DNA from: Eledone cirrhosa
Taxonomy: Eukaryota
DNA length: 64,000 bases
Direction: 5' to 3'
Assembly (NCBI GenBank): GCA_964016885.1
Contig: OZ024743.1
Span: 359,104,001 to 359,168,000 of the forward strand
The notes beneath the pieces are model-generated. The model saw only the letters and a list, made by a program, of their open reading frames with translations. It was not told the DNA's origin and ran no database searches. Made by a program: the position numbers and the translations under genes. Position 1 is the stretch's first letter. Every line of letters begins with the position of its first letter. Shown here piece by piece: positions 1 through 13,460 of the stretch.

Positions 1-619
1 GTCAGCTATTTCGTTCACTGCCTCCAATTCCAATTTAGTGAGTTTATTGATTTCTTATATTACTTCATTTACAATGCTAAGATTCTGGGATAGACATGGA
101 TGTCGATCTTCAACATTCTTCCGGTCATTTCTGTAAAAAATATAAATTTGTATCTACCACTTACGTTCTTTCTTTCATTCCATCAGCCTTTGATAAATTA
201 AATAATTGTGATGTGAATTTAATAGAACCTAATTAGTTCCCAAAATGAAGCACAGCGAGGTAGAAACAACGAATTGTAATACAAATATTAGAATATCTAT
301 TACAGATGAAACGTTACGGAATTTGAATAAATATTATGTGAAAAATTAATATGGTGTGTTTTAATTATTGATGAGAAAATAAGTTCTCTACCTTACAAAA
401 AGAACGAAAACAACCAACAAGAATGAAGCTTACAAGAATTTCCTATCTCGAGAAAAGTATTGTTTTCTTTATTGTCCGCTACTCGTGTTTGTTTTCCGAT
501 GCCAATAAACCGGGCAACCAAGAACCGGTCCTATAAAGGTGGGACCTTGTATATTAACAATAAACGAATAATTTAATAATTAAAAACGAACCAAAGAGGG
601 AATACCAACGTTGTCACTC

Positions 620-1010
620 CACTCAACCTGCTAGAAATAGTAACCGAATTTTTTGAAATCACACCCTACAGTTTCTTTTCTAATGAAATACAATTTGCAC
701 AATACAATGTTTGGTATGCAAAAAGACGGAATGATACTGAGTGGAAAGCCTTTGGTCATAGATTTACTTAAACAGTACTGAATTAGGCTAACAACAATAG
801 CGAAAACTAAACCAGCAGACGAGGGATCTTCAATATGACCACTTTACCAACTAGAAATAGCAGCTAAATCTACGCCAAATTACACGCTGCTGTCTTAAAT
901 AAAGGATGCGTTGGATAATTCAGTTCTAGTAGCCTGGAAAATATATCGAATGGTCATAGCTATAATTACTTTGATAATAGGTTTGCTTAATAAGGGCTGA
1001 CCTACAACTA
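620..1010 (+). repeat. Two diverged copies of a short interspersed repeat (core ctagaaatag(c/t)a(g/a)c(c/t)(g/a)aat...acac); related copies near 18025-18190 and 27560-27775
   Basis: Shared motif at ~630 and ~851, with similar downstream segments; recurs elsewhere in the window. Confidence 0.5.
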
Positions 1011-1546
1011 ACCAATATAGCACCATCAACAGTAGTAACATCAGTATCAACAATAACAACAATGCTAACGACAACAATAACAGTTAAATTGCTTACTATA
1101 CAATTCTAGAATGAATAAACGAAGAATATTTATTATATTAATAATTAGACATCAAATCTATAAATAGGCCATTGAAATAACTGTAACCGCTCAACCGGTC
1201 TCACTGGTTTCTGTAACAATCTTAATAAAAATTCGATTTAATCATATCGAATGACAAGTACCTTAGAATAGGGAGTAAATAATCGGAGAGTAAAGTTTCA
1301 GTTCCTGTTTGAAGCTAATCATTTTTATTTAAACCCATCTAATTCTATTGAGTAAGAAATTCATTTAATTCCCTTTTGTCTCCGAATAAATGGCCTTTCG
1401 CTCAAATAAGAAATCAATTTTACTCATGTCCATGATCATTAAATGGTATCAAATATCCAATTCAGCACAACGAGATAATGAATTGAATTTTGAATTTTGA
1501 AATTTATTATAAAACCGAATACCAGGCATCTAACAACCCGTATTAT

Positions 1547-1677
<131 letters not shown>

Positions 1678-4402
1678 ATCATCTCCTCTATATGGATGAT
1701 TCAAATAAGGAATAATGACGGATCTAATTAGCTATAAAAATATTACAACAGATATAGACTCTGATATTAGAGCATTAGATCACAATCATCCATAAAAAAT
1801 AGCTAATACTAGATAAAACATCTAAAATACAACTGAAGGAAATGAAAGAGAAAATTAGAAAATAATACTACAGAAGAGTTGGATTAATATTAAAAACCAG
1901 AGTCTATACTAAAAATAAGGTAATAGGTATAAATACACTGACCATATCAATATATTACACTGGAAGGTAAACGAAGTGAAATATTTAGACAGAAAAACAA
2001 ACAAACAGGAAACCACTAACAGCGTACGAAAGCCACCACCCCAGACCAGGCGTCGACAGAATATATCTACCCCGCATACAATGAGAACGTGATTTGACAC
2101 AAATAGAATAACTGCTACACATTCGTCTGGAAAAACACTTAGAAGTAAATAGATGAAGGCTGATAAATGTAATAAGGAAACATGAAAAAACAAAAACAAA
2201 AAAAACTTGTCTCGCTCTCTATATAAAGAAACAACAAAATAAAAAAACAAAATGCGCTGAAACAATAAATTTAGACAACACACTAACGAATGGCTAATGA
2301 CCCCCCCCTCCCTTCCCCGACAAGGATATGGAATCTGAATAAAAATGATATACTAAAGGAGAGATGGAAAGGAGCATCACCCGCGGCCAATGCCATACAA
2401 GACTCGACCCAGAAATAAACCAAAATGTAAATCAGCAATGGATGAGAAGTTCTAGATTAAAAGCAGAAAAACCAATGCCTGACCATGCATTTTCTTGAAT
2501 CGGAAGTCCATTAATTGAATCTAGTTCAAGCAAAAACAATGAATCGTATAAGCTTAGTTAATTCATTTGCTGATCTCTCCTAGTGTAATACAAACAGTAT
2601 AATAGTCTCATTGTCACGTTAAATAGTCAAGTAAATGATGTCATCCAGTGATTTAATCCATTACTCTTTTTAACGCAACGACTTAGTCATTGAGTGCTTT
2701 TCTGAGAGAAACTCTCCTACTCTGATTAAGTCATCAAAAATGAAAAACCTTTACTGAGGGGGGGGGGGGGGGTGCTTTTGAGTCTTGAGTTGAAGGTGGG
2801 AGTGAACGGTTTACATTCGTTAGGAGACAGTTTATGATGCAAACCACTATCCAGTGAGAATTAGACATCTTGGCTATGGGTAAAACACAGTGCCTTGGCG
2901 GAACACGAACTGTCGATATTTTAGTCGATTGTTCAAAACTCTATGAACTTCTCTAGTAATTGATTATATTAAGTTAAGTATTGGACTCATAAGATTGATT
3001 GGGAACCGTTGGACACTATTAATGAAACTATGTACTTAAGCATTGGGTATAATTAACGTACGAAAGGAAACTACTGAGTTGAAAATTTTGATCTCGTGAA
3101 GACAGATAATTGATATTAAGAACTGAATTAGTAGTTATGATGTGCTTAATTAGTCAGAGTAATATATTCACTGACTATTTCTACTTTCTACGTCAACCAG
3201 TCTACATTATTATATATTTACATAATGATTCTCAATCACTACTTCGACATATACAGTGAAATCTATATTTCGAAGATGAGGTTACAATATGGTTGGAATA
3301 TATTGCTGAAAGAAAAAATACAATATTAGATAATGAATAATGTTATTTTTACCTTACTACATAATTATTTTTAGTTGTGCTTTAGTTCTCCTAGCATTAA
3401 TTATGTCAATAGTAATTTAGTATATTAATTATATCTAATTTTGAGACGTTGAAGATAAAGCAAAATTATATTTCGATTTGATGTTATTTTAGATTGTAAA
3501 AGGTCGAAAATTTATCGTGTAAATCGTTAATCGTGTAAATCAATTGGAGATCTGATTACAAACACGACCTCGTGGATAAGAAGTATTCTTTGCAACTACA
3601 TGATTTCCTTGTAAGTGAAATTTGCTTGATAGAAACTATATGGAAGCCACAGAAAGTCGGTTTCTGCTATTGGTTGGTAGACTGAATCCGTCACTCATTT
3701 GAATACTACCATTTAGTTCTTGGATGCCGTTAGCTGAGTAGGTTCTGTCACAAGCATTCAGACCTAGATTCCGATCTGAAGATAACTTCTTTCCCCTTTC
3801 CTATTAATCTTGAAGGCATGCAAAAAAAAAGGTCATAGGTGCTCCCTTCCTTCTTCTCTGACTAAGTTATTAAAAATATATTTGCCAATTCAATTCCCTG
3901 AAGCTCCTAAAATAATATAAAAATAAGCAAAACACTTTGTTACGTTTGTTTTTAAATCAAAGAATATGAATAACATTTGAAGGAAAGCCAGTGCGGTGTT
4001 ACATGAAGAATAAATAACAATAATGGCTATTGATATTTAAAGAAGGCACCTTAGGTTTGACAATGCCTATTCTACATAAAATAAATCATGTTTCTAAATT
4101 TTATCGTTTGTACTTCAAATCATAAATATGATGTATAACTGGTGTAACTGTCTCGTGGAGAATATGACATTTCCCTACCTTTTATAGCGCTACACTATTA
4201 TGTACATAATGTTAAACAAAACTTCTCCAAAGCTTTTTAAGAATGTTCGCAGAACATCAGTTTCAAACATAAAAGATATGTCAGATTCAATATTTGAGAA
4301 ATAAGCTGGAAAATGAGAACTACATTGAATGGAAGCTCAACCATGAAGTGGTGTTCAGAAAGAATGATTGTTTGTGCAGTTTTAAATACTGAACTGAGAG
4401 AT

Positions 4403-4404
4403 TG

Positions 4405-4501
<97 letters not shown>

Positions 4502-4610
4502 GAAGGAAAGGAATAAGACACAGAGAGAGAAAGAGAGAGAGAGAAAGATAGAGAGAGAGAGAGAAAGAGAGAGGGAGAGAGAAAGAGCGAGAAGGAAAGG
4601 AATAAGACAG
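4403..4610. repeat. (GATA)n/(GA)n compound microsatellite
   Basis: Direct reading; includes a duplicated agaaggaaaggaataagaca. Confidence 0.95.
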
Positions 4611-5239
4611 TGAGGAAGAAACTACAACAGTGAGATTGTAAAGGCAATTTACAAAATATGTTTTTTAATGAAGATGCACTGTAGTGGTTCCGTTTGGATG
4701 ACAGAAACGATTAAAACAATAGTTTTAATCGTTGAAGAAGTCACACGATGGTGAACCAATTTTAGTAACAACAATTACAAAATCGACTTTCTTCTGAAAA
4801 TATTTATTTTATATATGAGAAAAAAATTGCCCTTGTGGAGTGTAGTTAAAGATGTTTAGTGTGTAAACAACTGTAGATGCTAAAGCTTTTAAAGAAAGCC
4901 AAGTCTTTTAGATTCAGTTTCGTCAAAATAAACAATATTAAGTTCATAGAGAAAACAACCAAAGGGAACCTTTTTTCATATAGTTGTAAATTAATGACAA
5001 CTTAGCAGCATCGAGCTTGTAGCGTTATAATAATTGTGTAGTAACAAAAAAGGAAACATTAGACAGTCTTATTTCACGTTTTGTACAAATTGCACAAAAA
5101 ACCCTCTCATGAGATATTAACACTTCACTACTAATATTGATGGCCAATCAACCAATATACAACTTATTGCCAACTTCAACACTGTCACTTCTCAATATTG
5201 GTTAGAATGGTTAGAATGTCAAACAAACTTCTTTAAGGT

Positions 5240-5410
5240 TTTTACGAAATTTTACGTTCTGATTCAAATCCTGTCTTGGTTAACGTTGCCTTTCATCCTT
5301 CTGGGGTCGATAAAATCAAAATACCAGGGAAGTACTAGGGTCGATATAGTGCATTTCCACTCCCACTAAAAATGCTAAAATGTGTTTCTAAATTTCAAAC
5401 CATTATTAAT
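5240..5410 (+). mobile_element. tRNA-derived SINE (family A, Meta/Sauria-like central domain)
   Basis: B-box-like ttcaaatcc followed by gcctttcatccttctggggtcgataaaat; same motif in several other copies. Confidence 0.7.
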
Positions 5411-7335
5411 CTCTTGATAATTAGAAACTTTGAGTGACGCTACCAACATTAAAGCTAGTAGCTACTAGTTGAACCAGGAATAACTGGTCAAACTAGGAGT
5501 ATGCTGTTGAAATAGTAGTAAATTACTAAAAGTAACTGATTGAACATCATAACCCGAACATTTCTCACTAGAGGCGTTTGAATTAGGTTTTATTATGTAT
5601 CTATAATATTTGCTGTAGATCACCTGAAAATTTGGAAAGTTTACAAATAACTCTAAATTGAAGGCAAAATGTCAGTAAAAGGTCAAAATCTGTTATAGTT
5701 AACCTCTTACAAGAAAGCTTCCCTGAACTATAAGCAAACATAACTCTTACTCAATGCCAACAAATAAGCGTGTTGCTAGTACACAAATATTGTTTTTTTT
5801 GTTATTTTGATTTCAAATTCTTTTTAAAATACCAAATAATAGCCAGACTAAATTGTCACGCATTGTGTTCATGTCGTGTTTTATCGATCTTCTACACATC
5901 TCATCACGATAGGAAGCAATAAACAGCATCGAGATACGATCGTGTTAAGTATTTCTTTGAACTAAAGAGAGTGATACTTTTGATTATTTATCTAACAAAA
6001 GAACAAAAACAAACAAAAAACAGCACCAAAACAAAAATAAAAACAAATCAAAACCACAATAAGGATTAAAAAAATAACAACAACCAAAATTAAAATAAAC
6101 AATTATTTATCAACTTTACCAGCTTCTGATACTTGCAGAGTAACAAACAACTAATGATGGTATCATACGTTCAGCTCTTAATTTAGTTGCAGGTATTAGA
6201 TTGCATCCTGTCAGACACTATCGTGATAGCTTCCTTCCTGGTCACGCGCTCTTATTAACTTCAGTCCTTAACCTAAATCAATCTTCACAGCAAGACAAAA
6301 TATTATCAAATAAATATGATAAATTTCGTTATTTACTGTGCGGTGAATTTCGGTTTTACGTTAGTTGTTTAGAAAGAAGAATTTCAACCACTAGAAACAA
6401 AATAGTGTTTTAGTTGACTCTACATATAATTGACTGTTAATCTATGAATATTGTCCCAATATAGCTTCATTTAATTTTAATTTCTTGTGAGACGTTTTAA
6501 TTTAATTAGGGGTGAGTATAATTGATTTCACTTAATATAATTTAACTTATTTTAATTTGATTTCATATAATAGACTGTAGTTTAGATCTTTAATGTAGCA
6601 TCACAATTAGATTCATATGGTACAAACTAAAGTAAGGGACATCACCCATTATATATCTTCGTGACCATGGCCACTTTCAAAATAAACAGTTTTCCTCCAA
6701 TGAAATATAATTTAGCAATATATTCGTTTAAACAACAAGAGTACAAACTCGTGACCTTTTTCAATTGATATAGTTCATTTTTTTTATTAAGTTATTTAAT
6801 TAGATTCGTTTGGTGTGGCTGCCATTTTTTCGCTCATTCACATTTATTGAATTAAAATCATTAAAAAGCGATTCGAAAGAGAGTATATATAAAACTGGCC
6901 CATGAAGATCTCTAATAAGTAAATGAAATAGGTATATTGACCGTATCTTTTATTCCCGATGTCCGGGGTGAGATAAGCGAGTGACAACTAGGAATTAACG
7001 ACTCCGAATTACACGCATAAACATCTCCTAGCCCGATATAGAGGTAGTTATGATACAATATTAGCCTACAATATTCATAGTGAGCCTAATGTTTTTTTTT
7101 TTTTTATACATAAACATATCGTATATGGGTCCATATAGACCGTTATTCTGAATCATGGTTAGATCGTATTATCGCACGCACACGTCAACAATGAAGAATA
7201 CGTGCTTTTGCCAATAACGTCTCTAAAAATGGCAACTATGTGAGTATATTACTAATACCATGCATTAAAATATATATATTTCCCCTATCTTTACAATACA
7301 AGACCACTTTTTCGTAATACAAAATCACACATAAG

Positions 7336-7340
<5 letters not shown>

Positions 7341-7385
<45 letters not shown>
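7341..7385. repeat. (TA)n tract
   Basis: Direct reading. Confidence 0.98.
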
Positions 7386-7386
<1 letters not shown>

Positions 7387-7587
7387 CGAAGGAAATGTGG
7401 TAAGGAACCAGGTGGACCATAACGCACCAAAGTACTCAATACTTAGGGTAGTAGAGTGGGTAATAGGAAAAAGTAGGACGCCGACGGTTGAGCTCAAGCC
7501 GTTTCGACGGTTAATTCTGGATGGCTAATTCCGTCCAGAATTAGCTGTCGAAACGGCTTGAGCTCAGCCGTCGGGGTCCTACTCTTT

Positions 7588-7592
<5 letters not shown>
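7386..7592. mobile_element. Short retroelement 3' end with inverted partial duplication, between two (TA)n tracts; carries the 3' half of a hammerhead
   Basis: 7386-7521 is the reverse complement of ~63110-63248; 7464-7591 forms a ~125-bp hairpin; GAA-ACGGCT-TGAGCTC-AGCCGT-C matches hammerhead stem III + GUC. Confidence 0.75.
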
Positions 7593-7621
<29 letters not shown>

Positions 7622-7663
7622 AAAGAACACAAGAGCGTCTACAACACCAAAAGATTTTTATTG

Positions 7664-7708
7664 GCTTACAATGTTTCTTCCTTACGTAACCGTAGGATTC
7701 GTCAGAGC
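7664..7708 (-). ncRNA. Type I hammerhead ribozyme (minimal, PLE-type)
   Basis: Minus strand gct-CTGACGA-a-tcctacg-gtta-cgtaagga-a-GAA-AC-ATT-GT-A-agc, then AATAAA and (TA)n ~45 nt later. Confidence 0.85.
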
Positions 7709-9699
7709 TATAAAAGGGGTTTGATTGGTGTTATGGACTCTACCAACCAAACATTCAAGAACAAAGAGTAAAGAGAGTAAAGAGCAAAAGTAGGGGACGA
7801 TAAGTATAATTTTGGTGCGGGAGGGTGGAGTGTGGGTCCTTGTTTACTAGCTGCGGTCATATTAATTCCCGGGAGTCGAGTGGTTAGCTGAACCATAGAT
7901 GGGGTGGCGTCGATAGTAGGGTGCAGAGGGTGTGCAGAGGCTACACACACACAAGGGCATACAATATATATATAACGGAGGAGAAAGTACATGAGGTAAT
8001 TAGAAATGGAAAAAGAGTAATAATAATAATCTATAATAAATGATGTATAATCAGACATGGGGAAGATTACACTATAATAAAAGTAAGAATAAGGTAAAAT
8101 ATAAAGGAGGATAAAAGTGAAAATAAGAATAAAGATAAAAAAAATATATATATTAAAAAAATATATAGAGAATATATAAAGAAATATAAGCAAGTATTTG
8201 AAGGGGAAAACACAATGTAAAAAAACCGATTTTTTCAAATAAAAATATTATAATTATGGGGGAGAAAACGGGATAGAGAAATATGATCAAATGTGATTAG
8301 TTGAGAGAATATAAGATGATAATAGTTTTGTCAAGTTTATAGATCTTAATAATAAATAATAAATAATCTGTATATCAGAGTTACAGAACCTTCAATTCAC
8401 TTACAGGTTCAAGCCACGTGGCATAGTCCATTGTTTATCTGTGCGGTCATGTGCGTTTGTTTTTGACACCACAGCAGATGCACAAGTTCGTAAATTCCAA
8501 TGCAGATAGAAATCTATTTTTGCTCACCCAGACATTGACGGAAGATCCAATATTCCTAGTTCAATATGTGTGTGGTGTTATTTTGGTCGCACAAATCAAT
8601 CACTTGGTTCAATATTATGGAGTATGGTTTTCTGGTCTTCGTAACAGTGTCAGTCGTTGTATATCTCGAAATCACAAGGATCACAGTACTCCGGTTTGGT
8701 GTGATTATCGGTCATCCAACTATGTTGTCGGTGGTTGGATTCAATTCTATTGCCCCGAACGTAGAACTTTGGTGTCGATTGAACATTAACGAGGCAGAGT
8801 GAGATCGCATCTGTGGTACAAAACGGTACGCAAGGAAATTCTTCGTCTTCGCTTCATCCGGGTCCAGCAGTCACGTGCAAGAACCGCTACGTAGTAATTG
8901 TGATGGTAATCGGTCAAGATAGTAACTGACCGAAAATTCTCTTAGGAATTCAGACAGGCATGACAGGTACATTTAGGTCAGCAGTTTCTCTATGTGTACG
9001 TGTGTCCGATACACACAGACACATATTTATATGTATTTCAACTCAAAAAATTCAATTGATTCGCTTATTGATATTATATCTCTGTTGCTCCGATGTGCAT
9101 GTTGTGGTGTTCTGGTCGTGTTTGGCATTCACTGTGTTTTGCCATTACCTTGGAATGTGATGTTATGGTCATCAATAGTCCGGCAAGCGCATTCCTCTCT
9201 TATATTGTGGAGAATGGTGTTCTGGTCCTCAGTAAACATTTGGGTCAGCAGGAGGGGTGGTGGTTCTCAGTTTCAACTTCGACAATACATATGTGTTACT
9301 CTACATATCGTGCTCCTCTCAAAGAAGAGTATTATAGGAGGAATTCATGCCAAACACCACATATAGAGAAGACTTCTACAGAAAAAATATACATACATAT
9401 ACACATATATACACACATCATACACACACACATACACATACACACACATACACATACATACATATATACACATACATATCACATATACACATACACATAC
9501 ACACAATATAATACACATGCATACAATATACATATATATATATATATACAATATACATGTATACAATGCACGCACATATGCATGCATGCGTGCAAACACG
9601 TACGCACACACATATACATATGTTTGTGTGTGTGTGTGTGTGAGAGAGAGAAAAGGAGAATACACACACACACACATACACAGACACACACACACACAA

Positions 9700-12436
9700 A
9701 AAACACCAACCTTGTAGGGGACTGTTCCACCCTTAGGCTACCTATCTATCTGGGTTACGGGTTGGGGGGAGGGGGGAAGATATAGTCAAGGAGGGGTATG
9801 TCTAGGTGGGGGTTGCGTAATATATGTTACGTCTATGTGCTAGGTTTAACATAGAAGAAGGAACTCAGGATTTTGTGTTGGCAAGAGGAGAAAATTTCCG
9901 ATTTCCTGTTAAGCAGGTTCAGTTTAGAGTGTATTATGGCATGGCATTCCAGTAAACACAGGTCACAACTCCCGCTCTGCGGTCGGTATGGTGTGGATCT
10001 AGTAAGCTTCCTCCAAAAAAGTTTGTATGGGGTACTATTATTTTTTAAAAAGGAGATGTATACCGCCAGTGAGGTGGCATTCTTATGTCTATCGTGTCTA
10101 AATGTGTACATATGCGCGTTAAATCTAGTTTTAAATGTATTGGACGTTGCTCCTATATATGTTTTGGTAGAGTTGTGTGTGGTTACGTCACATGCATATA
10201 CGATGTTTTTCATGAGGCAATCCCCCCTTTAGGGGACAATTACTACTCCGCCTACAATTGCAACTGCGGGTTCGATTAGTTAGCGTACCTCCCGAACTTT
10301 GGTTACTAACATTATCACTAGGTGCCCCTATATCATTAGATGGCTTATTGATGCTATTATATTGCCCATTTTCCAGTGTAGTCGGTTGCTGGTGGTTAAC
10401 TGCCATTTTAATTGCTTCGAAACCTTCCCTAGTTTTCCTAATGTTCGTGCGTGCTAGGTGCGATGCGAGGTTAGGTGTGGTCGAATAGGATAATTTAATC
10501 ACGTTTTTGTTAATTATGTTGCGATATCTATTGCCTGGTGGGAAGTTTTTTTCTAATAATGAGAAGAATACTCTGGGGAGGTTAGTGAGGACATCAGAGT
10601 TAAAAGGTGGGTTAAAATACATGTTTTTCCTTCTTCTATTTTTCTTATCTGTGGGGTGAGTCTCGCTAGTGTGCGTACTATTTTGTAGGGTTCCGTTATT
10701 AACGTTAGTGGCGTTGTCTGTTTTGCTTAAGCCCGGATGGTTTATATTCATGGCGTGATCATTTGCTGTTTTAGAGTTGTGGTGAGGGACTCTAGTATTG
10801 TCTTTACGTGGTTTATATTTAGCTGGGTTACCGCCATTAGGGTTCTTACTATTATTCTTGCCTCTAAGTTGGTTAGGCTTTGTGGCCATACTATGTGTGA
10901 TTGTGTTGGTAGGTTTCACACTCATGGTTTGGGAGTCCTTATGTATATATGATAATCTACTCCCGTAACCAGATTCTGCTAGGGCCTTGTCATAATACTC
11001 TGCATTGGAGTTGAAGATACTCTCATTACAGGACAGTCTGCTAATTCTATTAGAGACCATTTTGGGAATAGCGTTTAGGACTGATTTAGGGTGGTTGGAG
11101 CTGGCGTTTACATATGTTAGTCTATCATTAGGTTTATGGTAGGGTGCAAATGTTTTAGTTTCTAGGTCAAGGGTGGCGTCTAGGAAGTTTACTGTTTTGT
11201 CATTTGCATCTATGGTAATACTTAGATTAAAGTTTTTAAAGAACCTACGTAACTGTTTCCTAGTTCTTTCTATATTGCACTTTTTATACTCGAGAGTGAG
11301 GAGTGCGTCATCACGGTATAAGCCGCCCTTCAAGTGCGGTAATGTCTCATGTAACTCCTTTAAGAGGTACAATCCTACCAGGTCCGTTACTTGTGCAGAG
11401 TCACTAGATCCCATTGTGATGTCGAAGTTATTGTGCGTATTCTTGCGGGTCCACAATTCGTCCTTAAATGTGATTATCGTTTTCCGGGCCGCAAGTATGA
11501 CATCAATTTGAGACCTAGTGAGGTCACTTTTCTGCATGGCCATGATTAGGTCCTTATTAAGGAGTATGGGGGAGATTGAGGTGTAGTACGCATCGATGTC
11601 GAATTGTATAAATTTAAGGGATTTATGATTGCTAAGGCTTGAGAACCATTTCAAAACCTCTTCCGTATTCTCCCATTTTCCTCCTGATGGTGGGTATAAC
11701 GCCGTCTAAAATTTTCTTACTGATAATTCCTATATCTGACTTCGATGGGCTAATTAATCTAACAGAGGGTTTGCTAATGAAGTCAGCCTTATGGTCTTTA
11801 AGGGTGAACCTGGGTTGCCTAGGGGTATATGGTTGGGTATACTTTTCCAGGTCTAGTTTATCCACTATGGCGCATGCTTCCTTATTAATTTCATCTAAGT
11901 TTGCGCTTGTTGTCTTTTTATAGTTTCTATTTAATTCATTGTATATAAACCTGCGATACGTATCATAATTTAAGCTATAAATATTTCTGGTTTTATCCGA
12001 GGTGACCAGGATATCTCTTTTATCGTTAAAGCCCTTAACTAAGGTTTCCAGTTTCATCCGGAATTTGTTGCTATTCCCATGGGGGTTTTTCAACTTAATA
12101 TTCCTTAATAGTGATAGGAGGTCATTCTCAAATCCATCTAGCATGGAGTTATGGGGCGGGCTCCTATAGGTTTTAAAACCGAATTTATTATTGGGGGACA
12201 CTGTGGTTGATTTCTTATTTCTCTTATCGAAGTGGAAAGTGCGCCATCTAATACGCTTAACGAAGGAGTTGACACTAGCTATCAGTAATTTCTCATAAGT
12301 AGTCCTGGATGGGGTTGGGATGTTCTTGAGTGATATAGGTAGGTAGTCTTTAGTTAGCATGCTGCCAATCAATTATAATCATACACACCACAAGGTGGAC
12401 ATGTTATAAGGATTTAGCTCAACCGGGGGGAGCCGT
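9700..12436 (-). mobile_element. Penelope-like retroelement, Hydra-type (copy PLE-1)
   Basis: RT + C-terminal GIY-YIG ORF; 5' end abuts (TA)n; 3' extent beyond 9700 (possibly to the hammerhead at 7664) uncertain. Confidence 0.88.
9833..12372 (-). pseudogene. PLE polyprotein (RT + GIY-YIG endonuclease), ~850 aa, split by two frameshifts (~11650, ~10225)
   Basis: SLKNIP...KRIRWR N-terminus; FDIDAYY, FDITMGS, GLYRDD RT motifs; FNPPF; CNCRRSSNCPL linker; IVY...YIG, KTRFNAH, CDLCLLE, LLNRKSE...CQH. Confidence 0.9.
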
Positions 12437-12696
<260 letters not shown>

Positions 12697-13134
12697 ACCA
12701 CCTCCACTGGCAAATGCTATAAGTTGTAACTTCTGCCTGTGATGTCTAAAAAATATAAACATTAAAGTGGAACCTAAATAAAAGTTGAAAGCTATAGTTA
12801 TTTTGAACAGTTAATTGTTATTTTATCGATTATTTATTTTTAAGTATGGTAGAACTTTTAAAGTAGGTAGTCGTTCATTTACGTTTTCAAGTTTACATTC
12901 TATCGCAGTCATCTCTTCGTTTCATCTTTCCACATGTGATTCAGATTTGTTATGAATGAGGGTCGATTTAATTGAATACTCCCCACAAATATTTATCTCC
13001 GTGTTAATATAAGAAATCATTACAAATTATAGGATAAAGTTTACTGGTTTTGTTCCAAAATATTTAAGGTTTCTACGGTATAAATTTGATAGTAATAATG
13101 ACTTCTAATGAGTACAAGGTCAGGCATTTTGTAT

Positions 13135-13460
13135 TTCAATCAAGTATTTCACTGTTGCTTGGTTTATATTTTCAGGCGTGAACAACTTTTTGGCTCGATA
13201 AAGCGAACCAATTTTCTGAGCAACAGACTTGGCAATCGAAGTGATATAATCGTTCCAGGTGAAATCATTGGGAAATTTCAGACCAAGAAGGCATATAGAG
13301 TTACTCTCTTGGAGCATATGATCAGCTATACTAATGGAAGGAAAGATTGGCCCTCTATGGCGATTAAAAGAGAGAAGTTTAGTCTTAGGTGCATATAATT
13401 CAAAATAAAGAGTTGTACTCTCAACATAGATACCAATAAAGAAAGTTGCGTCATCATTGG
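13135..13460 (-). mobile_element. CR1/L2-group LINE RT C-terminal fragment
   Basis: KTKLLSFNR...LLGLKFPNDFTWNDYITSIAKSVAQKIGSLYR resembles the thumb region of CR1/L2-group RTs. Confidence 0.7.

Noticed and set aside
6895-6945. Hammerhead-like CATGAAGA...GAAATAGGTA upstream of (TA)n
   Set aside because: Core altered and no convincing stems I or II
7708-8238. 176-aa hydrophobic ORF
   Set aside because: F/I/Y bias from T-rich low-complexity UTR-like sequence; no recognisable motif
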